NCBI GenBank assembly: GCA_018436095.1
Contig: JAHDMJ010000005.1
Coordinates: 76,400-140,399, forward strand
Length of the DNA: 64,000 nt
From: Clostridia bacterium
GTDB lineage: Bacteria; Bacillota; Peptococcia; DRI-13; UBA5745
Reading direction: 5' to 3'
Below are positions 10,183-18,621 of the stretch, in pieces. Numbering within the stretch: position 1 is the first letter of the stretch; every line of letters starts with the position of its first letter. The translations under genes were made by a program, and so were the position numbers. The notes beneath the pieces are model-generated. The model saw only the letters and a program-made list of their open reading frames with translations. It was not told the origin of the DNA and ran no database searches.

Positions 10183-10219
10183 CTTCAATCAACGTTAAAC
10201 CTTTTAATCTTCTTCCCCG

Positions 10220-11395
10220 CTACGACAACCGGCCTTTAAAATCCTCATAGCAAAACTGCCGCAGGATGCGGTGGCCGCCGCCCGCTTCTTGCAAAACGAT
10301 GGCCGGCAGGGCCATGCCGTTGAAGGTGTTGTTCTTGACCATGGTGTAATGGGCCATGTCGCAGAATACCAGCCTGTCCCCTTCCTGCAAAGGCTGGTCA
10401 AAGGAGTAATCGCCAATGATATCTCCCGCCAGGCAAGTAGGCCCGCTCAGGCGGTAGGTATAAGCCTTTTCCCCCGGCAAAGCGGCGCCGATGATTTCCG
10501 GCCGGTAGGGCATCTCCAACACATCCGGCATATGGCAGGCGGCGGAGCCATCCAAAATAGCATTGGTGATACCGCTGTTGTCCACCAGCTCCAGCACGGT
10601 GCTTACAAAGAAGCCGGCGTCCAATACCACGGCCTCCCCCGGTTCCAAGTAAATATCAAGGCCGTATTTATCCTGCAAGCCCTGAATACAACGGATCAGG
10701 GCTTCTCTGTCGTATCCCGCCCGGGTGATATGGTGGCCGCCCCCCAGGTTCAGCCATTTCATGCCTTTAAGCCAGGGGCCGAATTTTTCTTCCACTGCCG
10801 CCACCGTAGCAATCAGGGGCTCCGCCCCTTGCTCGCACAAGGTATGAAAATGCAAACCGCTGACGCCTTCCAGGTGTTGGGGCTGAAAAGCCTGCCGGGT
10901 AATGCCCAGCCGGGAGCCGGGGGAACAGGGATCGTAAATGGCATGACTGCCGGTGGAAAACTCCGGATTGATGCGGAGGCCGCATTCCTTGCCGGCTGCC
11001 AGGGCCTTGTCTTTAAATTTTAGCCATTGCCGGAAGGAGTTGAAGACAATGTGATCGCAGACCCTGAGAATCTCCTCAAATTCCCCCTCCAGATAAGCCG
11101 GCGAAAAAATGTGGTTTTCTTTGCCCATCTCTTCAAAGGCCAGCTTGGCCTCATAAAGGCCGCTGGCAGTGGCGCCATGAAGGTAGCGGCCAATTAAGGG
11201 ATAGAGGGCGAACATGGAGAAGGCTTTTTGGGCCAGCAAAATTTTCGCTCCTGTCCGCCGGCTGATATCCTGCAGAATCTCCAGATTGCGAATCAGCAGA
11301 GCCTCATCCACCACATAGCAAGGGCTAGGCAGCTTGCCCACCTGGTCTGTCAGCTTCAGCCCCCGCAGCCCCTCCGTTAGCTTCCGCTGCCCCAT
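10220..11395 (-). CDS. nspC: Carboxynorspermidine/carboxyspermidine decarboxylase
   Basis: 391 aa: PSPCYVVDEALLIRNLEILQ...KILLAQKAFSMFALYPLI...ATASGLYEAKLA, the NspC-type alanine-racemase-fold decarboxylase pattern. The start overlaps the upstream stop by 1 nt. Confidence 0.85.
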   Translation of the reverse strand: MGQRKLTEGLRGLKLTDQVGKLPSPCYVVDEALLIRNLEILQDISRRTGAKILLAQKAFSMFALYPLIGRYLHGATASGLYEAKLAFEEMGKENHIFSPAYLEGEFEEILRVCDHIVFNSFRQWLKFKDKALAAGKECGLRINPEFSTGSHAIYDPCSPGSRLGITRQAFQPQHLEGVSGLHFHTLCEQGAEPLIATVAAVEEKFGPWLKGMKWLNLGGGHHITRAGYDREALIRCIQGLQDKYGLDIYLEPGEAVVLDAGFFVSTVLELVDNSGITNAILDGSAACHMPDVLEMPYRPEIIGAALPGEKAYTYRLSGPTCLAGDIIGDYSFDQPLQEGDRLVFCDMAHYTMVKNNTFNGMALPAIVLQEAGGGHRILRQFCYEDFKGRLS

Positions 11396-12594
11396 TAATC
11401 CACCAGCTCAGGGGCAAAGCTTTCCTGCCAGGGCAGACCCCATTTATTGAGAGCCTCCATGAAGGGATCGGGATCAAATTCCTCTACATTATAGACGCCG
11501 GGCTTCTGCCACAGGCCCTGCATCACCAGCATGGCGCCGATCATAGCCGGTACGCCGGTGGTGTAGGAAATGGCCTGGGAGCCCACTTCCTTGTAGCACT
11601 CCTCATGGTCGCAAATGTTATATAGGTAATAGGTTTTCGGCTTGCCGTCTTTCACACCCTGGAAAATACAACCGATATTGGTTTTACCCTTCGTTCTGGG
11701 ACCTAAGCTGGCGGGATCTGGCAGCACGGCCTTGAGAAATTGCAGAGGAATGATCTGCTTGCCTTCAAATTCAATAGGCTCAATAGAAGTCATACCCACA
11801 TTCTCCAGGCATTTCAGATGGGTGAGATAGCTTTGGCCGAAGGTCATGAAAAAGCGGATGCGTTTGAGACCGGGCACATTTTGCACCAGGGACTCCAGCT
11901 CTTCATGGTAAAGCAGGTACATGTCCTTTTGGCCTACGGCTTCAAAGTCGTATTCCCGCTTGATCTCCATGGGCTGCGTCTCCACCCAGCGGCCTTCTTC
12001 CCAATAGCGGCCTTTAGAGGTAACCTCCCGGATATTGATCTCCGGGTTGAAGTTGGTGGCAAAGGGATAGCCGTGGTCGCCGCCGTTGCAGTCCAGAATA
12101 TCGATGTAATGAATTTCATCAAAATGATGCTTCAGAGCGTAAGCCGTAAAAACGCCGGTAACTCCGGGATCGAAGCCGCTGCCCAAGAGGGCGGTAATAC
12201 CGGCCTTTTCAAAACGCTCCCGGTAGGCCCATTGCCATTTGTACTCAAACTTCGCCGTATCCGGCGGCTCATAGTTAGCCGTATCCACATAGTGGACGCC
12301 GGTGGCCAGGCAAGCCTCCATAATGGTCAGATCTTGGTAAGGCAGGGCCAGATTGAGAACCACATCAGGTTTAAAAGCCTCAATAAGAGCCACCATCTCC
12401 TCCACATTATCGGCATCCACTTGAGCCGTGGTGACCTTGGTTTTGCCGCCCTCAAGCTGAGCCTTCAAAGCGTCACATTTGCTCTTCGTCCTGCTGGCAA
12501 TGCAAATCTCCTCAAAAACCTCGCTGTTTTGGCAGCATTTGTGGATAGCTACACCGGCTACGCCGCCGCAGCCCACGATCAACGCTTTTCCCAT
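11395..12594 (-). CDS. Carboxynorspermidine/carboxyspermidine dehydrogenase (saccharopine dehydrogenase family)
   Basis: 399 aa with a Rossmann N-terminus (MGKALIVGCGGVAGVAIHKC). Saccharopine-dehydrogenase-like and paired with nspC. Confidence 0.85.
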   Translation of the reverse strand: MGKALIVGCGGVAGVAIHKCCQNSEVFEEICIASRTKSKCDALKAQLEGGKTKVTTAQVDADNVEEMVALIEAFKPDVVLNLALPYQDLTIMEACLATGVHYVDTANYEPPDTAKFEYKWQWAYRERFEKAGITALLGSGFDPGVTGVFTAYALKHHFDEIHYIDILDCNGGDHGYPFATNFNPEINIREVTSKGRYWEEGRWVETQPMEIKREYDFEAVGQKDMYLLYHEELESLVQNVPGLKRIRFFMTFGQSYLTHLKCLENVGMTSIEPIEFEGKQIIPLQFLKAVLPDPASLGPRTKGKTNIGCIFQGVKDGKPKTYYLYNICDHEECYKEVGSQAISYTTGVPAMIGAMLVMQGLWQKPGVYNVEEFDPDPFMEALNKWGLPWQESFAPELVD

Positions 12595-12660
12595 GACAAA
12601 ACCCCTTTCTTAAAATATATTGTAATGCGAGGAAAATGCCTCAGCCAAAGGCTGGGTCGG

Positions 12661-12890
12661 GGGCACTGAAAAAGCTGCCTCAGTCTCAGCCGGGTGTACA
12701 AAATTTGAAGTATTATGTGGTTCGCTTTGTTGAAATAGGTATTTCAATCCTACTTAGACACTAAATGCAGGAAAAGGACGGTGCTCAGGGCGGCAAAACT
12801 TGAAATTCCGAGCAGTTAGCTGAGGCAAATACACATAATACCTGGTTTTTTGTACACACGGCTGGATAGGAAGCGACTTTTTCAGTGCCC
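12661..12890. mobile_element. 230-bp MITE-like non-autonomous element, copy A
   Basis: Imperfect terminal inverted repeats of about 60 bp: GGGCACTGAAAAAG..CAGCCGGGTGTACAAAA..GTATTATGTG at the left against the reverse complement at the right. No ORF. Flanked on both sides by TCGG / GGCTGGGTC. A full-length homologous copy lies in opposite orientation at 41389-41618. Confidence 0.7.
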
Positions 12891-12922
12891 TCGGCTGGGT
12901 CAGCCTTTTTGTGCTTTCTTCC

Positions 12923-13819
12923 TCAGCTTATCGCTAACAGCAACTCCCGCAGCAGCTTGCAAGCCGCTGCCGTGGAAACGCCGCTTTGATCATAAACCGG
13001 CGACAGCTCCACCAGATCGGCGCCAATCACCGTTAAATCCTTTAACTTGAATATAGCCTGCAAAAGCTCCATAAAGGACAGGCCGCCCGGTTCCGGCGTT
13101 CCTGTTCCGGGAAAAACGGCAGGGTCCAGCACATCCAGATCTAACGTGAAATAAACCGGCCGGCCCTTCAAGGCGGCGATGGTTTCCTCCAGGCCCTGCA
13201 AATCGAATTTATGCATGGCCACCCGGCCCGCCGCCGCCCAGCGGAACTCCTCCCGCTCCCCGGAGCGGATGCCGAACTGATGAATGCGGCCGTCGCCCAG
13301 GATGTCCCAAACCCGGCGGATTACCGTGGCATGGGAAAGGGTGGCTCCCAGGTACTCCTGGCGCAGATCGGCATGGGCGTCAAAGTGAATCACCGCCAGC
13401 TCCGGATAGGCTTTGGCCGCCGCCCGGACAGCGCCTAAGGTCACCAGATGCTCCCCGCCCAGCATCACCGGCCGTTTGCCCTCTGCCAGTACTTGGGCGG
13501 TATAGGCCTCGATGGCTTCCAGAGCCAGGTCAACCCGGCCGATGCTAAGCTCCAGGTCACCGCCGTCAAAAACGGCAATATCCTCCAGGTCCTTGTCCTG
13601 ATAGGGACTATAGGATTCCAGGCCATATGATTCCGCCCGGATGGCCCGGCTGCCGAAGCGGGTCCCCGGCCGGTAGGAGGTGGTGGAATCAAAAGGGGCT
13701 CCGAAGATTACCGTATCTGCCTCATGATAAGGCTTATCACAGCTTAGAAATGTCTCCACATTTTGCTTGATGCCGCTCTTTTGCATTATTACCTCTCTCT
13801 GATTGGTCATCATGCTCAC
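12923..13819 (-). CDS. speB: Agmatinase (arginase/ureohydrolase family)
   Basis: Ureohydrolase metal motifs (HFDAHADLR, TLDLDVLDPA) within a polyamine operon. The GTG at 13819 overlaps the speE stop (GTGA); an internal ATG start is also possible. Confidence 0.85.
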   Translation of the reverse strand: MSMMTNQREVIMQKSGIKQNVETFLSCDKPYHEADTVIFGAPFDSTTSYRPGTRFGSRAIRAESYGLESYSPYQDKDLEDIAVFDGGDLELSIGRVDLALEAIEAYTAQVLAEGKRPVMLGGEHLVTLGAVRAAAKAYPELAVIHFDAHADLRQEYLGATLSHATVIRRVWDILGDGRIHQFGIRSGEREEFRWAAAGRVAMHKFDLQGLEETIAALKGRPVYFTLDLDVLDPAVFPGTGTPEPGGLSFMELLQAIFKLKDLTVIGADLVELSPVYDQSGVSTAAACKLLRELLLAIS

Positions 13820-14667
13820 TCCACATCCCGCAGCAAGTCTTCCACATAAGTGGGCAGAGCAAAGGCGCCGGCATGAAGCCGGGTATTGTAGTATTTCGTT
13901 TTGATGCCTAAAGCATTCCAGCGGGCAGCTTTAATATCGTGAATGGGATGGAGCTTTTTTGAGGCAAAGCCAAAAAGCCAATGCCCCGACGGATAAGTGG
14001 GAATATGGGCCTGATAAACCTTGCTGATGGGGAAAGATTCCACAATCCGCTGGTGGGAGCGCTGCATAGCAATAGCGTCATTGGCATAAAAAGGGCTCTC
14101 ATGCTGATTGACCATGATGCCGTTGTCGGTAAGAGCCTTATAGCAATTACCGTAAAACTCTTTCGTAAACAGGCCCTCGCCGGGACCGAAGGGATCGGTG
14201 GAATCCACAATAATCAGATCGTACTTGTTCTCATAGCGGCGGATGTATTTTAAGCCGTCCTCAAAATAAAACTGGATTCTCTCATCATTGAAGCGGCAAG
14301 CCGTCTGAGGCAGATGCAATTTGCAAACCTCCACCACCAGCTCGTCGATTTCCACCAGATCGATGCTTTCTATGCCTTCGTAATAAGACAGCTCCCGGAT
14401 AACGCCGCCGTCGCCGGCGCCGATGACCAGCACATTTTTGATCTCCGGGCAAACGGCCATGGGCACATGAACCATCATCTCGTGGTAGATGAATTCATCT
14501 TTCTCCGTCAGCATCATGAAGCCGTCCAAAGTCAGAAAACGGCCGAATTCTTTGGATTCAAAGACGTCGATGCGCTGAAATTCGCTTTGACCGCTATAGA
14601 TCTGGCGGTCTACCTTAATGGAAAACTCCACATAGGGAGTATGGCGTTCCGTATACCATAACTGCAT
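13816..14667 (-). CDS. speE: Spermidine synthase (aminopropyltransferase)
   Basis: MQLWYTERHTPYVEFSIKV...VLVIGAGDGGVIREL...DLIIVDSTDP. I place the start at ATG 14667, which has an AAGGAGG RBS at about 14674-14684. The 40-codon N-terminal extension in the track is unlikely. Confidence 0.9.
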   Translation of the reverse strand: MQLWYTERHTPYVEFSIKVDRQIYSGQSEFQRIDVFESKEFGRFLTLDGFMMLTEKDEFIYHEMMVHVPMAVCPEIKNVLVIGAGDGGVIRELSYYEGIESIDLVEIDELVVEVCKLHLPQTACRFNDERIQFYFEDGLKYIRRYENKYDLIIVDSTDPFGPGEGLFTKEFYGNCYKALTDNGIMVNQHESPFYANDAIAMQRSHQRIVESFPISKVYQAHIPTYPSGHWLFGFASKKLHPIHDIKAARWNALGIKTKYYNTRLHAGAFALPTYVEDLLRDVE

Positions 14668-14704
14668 ACCTTCTTCGGCCTCCTTTACGCTCCTGCCGGC
14701 CTTC

Positions 14705-16153
14705 TTAACTGCCGCCAACACAAACATTGATGTAATTAATGTCCATATCCTCCGGCCCCGTAAGGGAACAGCCTTTTTCTTTGGCATAGCGGATATAGGT
14801 CAATATATCACCGGTGATTCTCTCTCCCGGGGCCAAAATGGGAATCCCCGGCGGATAGCACATGACAAACTCACTGCAGATTTGGCCGCCGCTTTCTTCT
14901 ATAGGCAAGGCCCGTTTTTCCGCATAAAAAGCTTCCTGGGGGGAAATGATCACCTGAGGCGTCAGATATTCCGTATTGAACATCCCGGTTTTATCCCGCT
15001 TTTTGCGGCGGCGAATCTCTGCTAAAGCGCTGACCAGCCGTTCCAGGTCCTGCCGCCGGTCCCCCACGGAAAGATAGGCCAGGAAATTGCCGATATCGCC
15101 AAACTCTACCTGGATATCGTATTCATCCCGCAAAATATCGTAAACCTCAATGCCGGCCAGGCCCACATCCAGGGTATATACCGACAGCTTAGTGATATCG
15201 TAATCATAGACCGCAGCGCCGTCGATAATCTCCCGGGAAAAAGCATAATAATCCCCTATTTTGTTGATTTCCTCCCGGGTATAATTGGCCATCTGGCAAA
15301 CCTTCTCAAAAATAGCCTCACCATTTAAAGCCATATTTTTGCGGGAAAGATCCAGGCTGGAAAGCAAAAGATAAGAACCGCTGGTGGTCTGGGTCAGATT
15401 GATAATCTGCCGGGTATAGCCGGCGCTTAATCCTCCTCCGATCAGGAGAAAGGAGCTTTGAGTCAGGGAACCGCCGGATTTGTGCATGCTTACGGCGGCC
15501 ATATCGGCGCCGGCAGCCATGCCGGAAACAGGCAAGCCCTTGCCGAAATAAAAATGGGTGCCGTGGGCCTCGTCCACTAAAGCCAGCATCCCGTGGCGGT
15601 GAGCCAAATCCACAATGGCCTTCAAATCCGAGCAGATACCGTAATAAGTAGGATTGTTGATCAGCACCGCCTTGGCGTCGGGGTGCTGCCGGATAGCCCG
15701 TTCCGCCTCCGCCGGGGCAATGCCTAAAGCAATGCCCAGCTTGGGGTTGACCTGGGGATTCATGTAAACGGGAATAGCGCCGCAAAGGATCATGGCATTG
15801 ATAACGCTGCGGTGGACATTGCGGGGCAAAATGATCTTATCCCCTTTTTTGCAGGCGGTAAGAATCATGCTTTGGACGGCGGAGGTGGTGCCATTAACCA
15901 TAAAAAAAGCATGTCTGGCCCCAAAGGCGTCGGCAGCCAAGGCTTCCGCTTCCTTGATGACGGAAACGGGATGGCAGAGGTTGTCCAAAGGCTTCATGGA
16001 ATTGACATCCAAGGAAAGGCAGCTTTCCCCAAGGAAATCCGTTAGTTCCCTGTTGCCCTTGCCTCTTTTGTGGCCCGGCACATCAAAAGGTACGATCCTC
16101 ATCTGCTTAAAACGAAGTAAGGCTTCGTAAATTGGGGCTCTTTCCTGGTTCAT
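14705..16153 (-). CDS. speA: Orn/Lys/Arg decarboxylase, fold-type I PLP (Bacillus SpeA-type arginine decarboxylase)
   Basis: MNQERAPIYEALLRFKQMRIVPFDVPGHKRGKG and SMHKSGGSLTQSS (PLP lysine). The ATG at 16153 has a GGAGGGA RBS. Confidence 0.8.
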   Translation of the reverse strand: MNQERAPIYEALLRFKQMRIVPFDVPGHKRGKGNRELTDFLGESCLSLDVNSMKPLDNLCHPVSVIKEAEALAADAFGARHAFFMVNGTTSAVQSMILTACKKGDKIILPRNVHRSVINAMILCGAIPVYMNPQVNPKLGIALGIAPAEAERAIRQHPDAKAVLINNPTYYGICSDLKAIVDLAHRHGMLALVDEAHGTHFYFGKGLPVSGMAAGADMAAVSMHKSGGSLTQSSFLLIGGGLSAGYTRQIINLTQTTSGSYLLLSSLDLSRKNMALNGEAIFEKVCQMANYTREEINKIGDYYAFSREIIDGAAVYDYDITKLSVYTLDVGLAGIEVYDILRDEYDIQVEFGDIGNFLAYLSVGDRRQDLERLVSALAEIRRRKKRDKTGMFNTEYLTPQVIISPQEAFYAEKRALPIEESGGQICSEFVMCYPPGIPILAPGERITGDILTYIRYAKEKGCSLTGPEDMDINYINVCVGGS

Positions 16154-16163
16154 GGATCCCTCC

Positions 16164-16928
16164 TTAAAATACATTGGTGCCGCTAAAAATCTCAATCATC
16201 TCCCGCCGCAGTGACTCGGTGATCTCCAGGCGGGTTTTCGGCGGCAGCTCATAAACGTCCTGATTAAACAGATAGTTTTGCAAATCAATCTCTTTGATCA
16301 GCATCTTTGTGTGAAAAAGGTTGTTCTGATAGACATTGACGTCGATGGCGTCATATTTCTTCAAGGTCTCATCCTCGATATAATCCTGGATGGATTTGAT
16401 ATCATGATCCATATAAAGCTTTTGGCCCTCTACGGTTCTGGTAAAGCCCCGCACCCGGTAATCCATGGTGATGATATCGGAATCGAAGCTGCCGATCAGA
16501 TAATCCAAGGTGCTGAGGGGAGTGATTTCGCCGCAGGTAGCTACGTCGATGTCTACCCGGAACGTAGCAATGGAGTTGTCGGGATGGTACTCAGGATAAG
16601 TATGGACGGTGGCGTGGCTTTTATCCAGGTGAGCCACAATGGTATCGCCGGCGGCCCGGGGCAGCATGGACTTCTCAGCGATCAAAAAGGTGGCGCTGGC
16701 TCCCTGGGGATCGTAATCCTGCTTGGATATGCTAAGCACCGTAGCACCGATCATCTCGGTAAGATGTTCCATGATTTTGGTAAGACGCTCGGAATTATAC
16801 TGCTCATCAATATATTTGATGTAATCCCGCTGCTCCCTCTCGCTTTTCGCATAACAGACATCGTAGATATTAAAACTCAGGGCTTTGGTCAGATTGTTAA
16901 AGCCATAAATTTTCAATTTATTTTCCAC
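16164..16928 (-). CDS. speD: S-adenosylmethionine decarboxylase proenzyme (E. coli SpeD type)
   Basis: 254 aa: KLKIYGFNNLTKALSFNIYDVCYAKSEREQRDYIKYIDEQYN...QDYDPQGASATFLIAEK, closely following the long-form SpeD pattern. Confidence 0.9.
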   Translation of the reverse strand: MENKLKIYGFNNLTKALSFNIYDVCYAKSEREQRDYIKYIDEQYNSERLTKIMEHLTEMIGATVLSISKQDYDPQGASATFLIAEKSMLPRAAGDTIVAHLDKSHATVHTYPEYHPDNSIATFRVDIDVATCGEITPLSTLDYLIGSFDSDIITMDYRVRGFTRTVEGQKLYMDHDIKSIQDYIEDETLKKYDAIDVNVYQNNLFHTKMLIKEIDLQNYLFNQDVYELPPKTRLEITESLRREMIEIFSGTNVF

Positions 16929-17031
16929 ACCCCATCTTCCTTTCCCCGTAAATTATGTAAACGAAAAACCCAAGCGGACGCCGGGTAGCTACTTTCTGCG
17001 AATCGCTTGAGTTGACACTACTTTTCGAGTT

Positions 17032-17060
17032 ATTTTACTTTATCTAAAAAAGAAATGCAA
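17032..17060 (-). promoter_or_regulatory. Sigma-A-type promoter for the polyamine operon
   Basis: On the minus strand: TTGCAT, 17 nt, TAAAAT. This leaves a leader of about 95 nt before the speD GTG. Confidence 0.5.
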
Positions 17061-17142
17061 TGATATATTTCAGATTTTTTACAGTGGTTCGCCGATCTGT
17101 CTTTTCCCGACAAAAAGCCGCTAAAAAAGCTGCGAAAAAAAC

Positions 17143-17183
17143 TGCAAAAAAAGGAGTCTGGCGGTAGTTGGCCGCCAAGCTCC
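17143..17183 (-). terminator. Rho-independent terminator of the permease gene
   Basis: Minus strand: GGAGCTTGGCGG-loop-CCGCCAGACTCC followed by TTTTTTT. Confidence 0.7.
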
Positions 17184-17225
17184 TCTCCTGCATTTGCGTA
17201 TAAGTTAAGATAAAATTTAACTTGC

Positions 17226-18557
17226 CTAGGCCAGTATCATAACACCCAGGAAGGACCAGATAACGATAAAGGCCAGGACGGTACCGGCAGAAATCCAGTT
17301 GGCTTCAAGGACTGCTCTTGTATTGGTGCAGCGGGCAATACCCAACTGGCCGGCCATATTGGAAGTGGGGTAAATGGAACCGGTGAGACGGGTAGCGGCA
17401 ATAATAGAAATGGCAAACATGCTCATGGGCAAACCGGCAGCTCTGGCGGTTTCGACGAACATTTCGGCAATGATCTTGATTTCCGCTACGGCTGCCGCCT
17501 CGATACCGAAGCCGCCCACTACGGCAGCAATCAGCATGACGGCTGTGGGGCTGTCGCCGGAAATGCCGCCCAGGAGGCCGGACAGAGCTTCAAAGCCGCC
17601 GCCTAAGGTAACGAGATTGAGCAGCACGTCAATAGTAACAAAGATAACGAACATATTGGCCTGAGAAGCAATACCTTTGACCAGAGAATCGATAACGTGA
17701 TCGATATTCATCCGGCTGACGATACCTACTACGGCAGACAGCAGAATCATAACGATAAGGGCGTAGTTGGTACCCTGCTTGGTCATGACGCCGTAAACCA
17801 CCAGCAGGATAAAGCTGACCAAAAAGGCAATGGTGGCCTGTTTGGCTTTTGGCTCAATAACGATGGAACCCAGGTCCTTCATATCATCGGTGATCTCGTA
17901 AGCTTCCTTGCCTTCAGTAAGCCTCTGGGTCCGCTTAACGGCAAACCAGGAGCCGCCCAGCCAGAAAAGAGCAAAGGGCAAAGCTGCGCCCAGCATCAAC
18001 TGGCCGTAGGACAACCCGGTAACCTCCATGGTAATCAGGGTGACGCCGGTCAGAGGCCCCAGAATCAGACCCACCTCACCGGATACTTTAAACAAGGTGC
18101 AGACAACGCTGGGCGTAATGCCGAGAGAAGCCATAACCGGAATAATAATAGGGGCAATAACGGCATTGCCGCCGCCTAAGGTGCCCAAAAGACCGCAAAT
18201 AAAAATCGAGCTGATGATCAGGGCAATCTTTGCTTTCGTCTGGGTATTAACACCAATCCGCTTGACGATCCAGTACACCAGCGTATGGGTAATCTTGGCT
18301 TCCGTCATCAGGACGCCCAAGCCGGCGCCGGTCATAATGATAGCGCCGATGAGGGCAGTGCTGGAGCCCAAACTGCCGGCAAACTGGGAAGCCAAAGCCT
18401 TAAGGTTTTGGCCCATCATCAGGGCGCCGACGGCAATACCGATAACGATACCGGCAGTATTGCTTTTGCCCCGGAACACGATAACAATAAAAATAACTAA
18501 CGGAATTAAAGCAAGCAAAGAAGGGGCTTGTATTAGAGACCAACTCCCTAGTTCCAT
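17226..18557 (-). CDS. Ion-transporter-superfamily permease (GntP/NhaC-like)
   Basis: 443 aa polytopic protein with glycine-rich hairpin-like segments resembling GntP-type carriers. Strong RBS (AAGGAGGAG). Probably co-transcribed with the upstream D-aminoacylase. Confidence 0.5.
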   Translation of the reverse strand: MELGSWSLIQAPSLLALIPLVIFIVIVFRGKSNTAGIVIGIAVGALMMGQNLKALASQFAGSLGSSTALIGAIIMTGAGLGVLMTEAKITHTLVYWIVKRIGVNTQTKAKIALIISSIFICGLLGTLGGGNAVIAPIIIPVMASLGITPSVVCTLFKVSGEVGLILGPLTGVTLITMEVTGLSYGQLMLGAALPFALFWLGGSWFAVKRTQRLTEGKEAYEITDDMKDLGSIVIEPKAKQATIAFLVSFILLVVYGVMTKQGTNYALIVMILLSAVVGIVSRMNIDHVIDSLVKGIASQANMFVIFVTIDVLLNLVTLGGGFEALSGLLGGISGDSPTAVMLIAAVVGGFGIEAAAVAEIKIIAEMFVETARAAGLPMSMFAISIIAATRLTGSIYPTSNMAGQLGIARCTNTRAVLEANWISAGTVLAFIVIWSFLGVMILA

Positions 18558-18621
18558 AATTTCTCCTCCTTAAATAATCTTAGCATATTTCTTAAATCAA
18601 TCTGGATAATGCTCTTAAAAC

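Noticed and set aside
11740-12669. Long antisense ORFs opposite well-supported genes: 11740-12669, 16278-16988, 10271-11023, 23672-24511, 58561-59403, 60370-61092, 9709-10149, 43071-43877 and 42044-42757
   Set aside because: These are shadow ORFs typical of GC-rich coding DNA. The opposite-strand genes have clear family signatures, while these have low-complexity R/G/A/P-rich translations and no RBS.
14668-14787. N-terminal extensions suggested by the ORF track for speE (14787), speA (16195), the D-aminoacylase (20226), the tmk-like gene (33491), the small lipoprotein (35422), the ABC ATPase (60208) and the SpeE-like fusion (46493)
   Set aside because: Internal start codons with good Shine-Dalgarno spacing coincide with the beginning of family homology. 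The extensions overlap upstream genes or lack an RBS.
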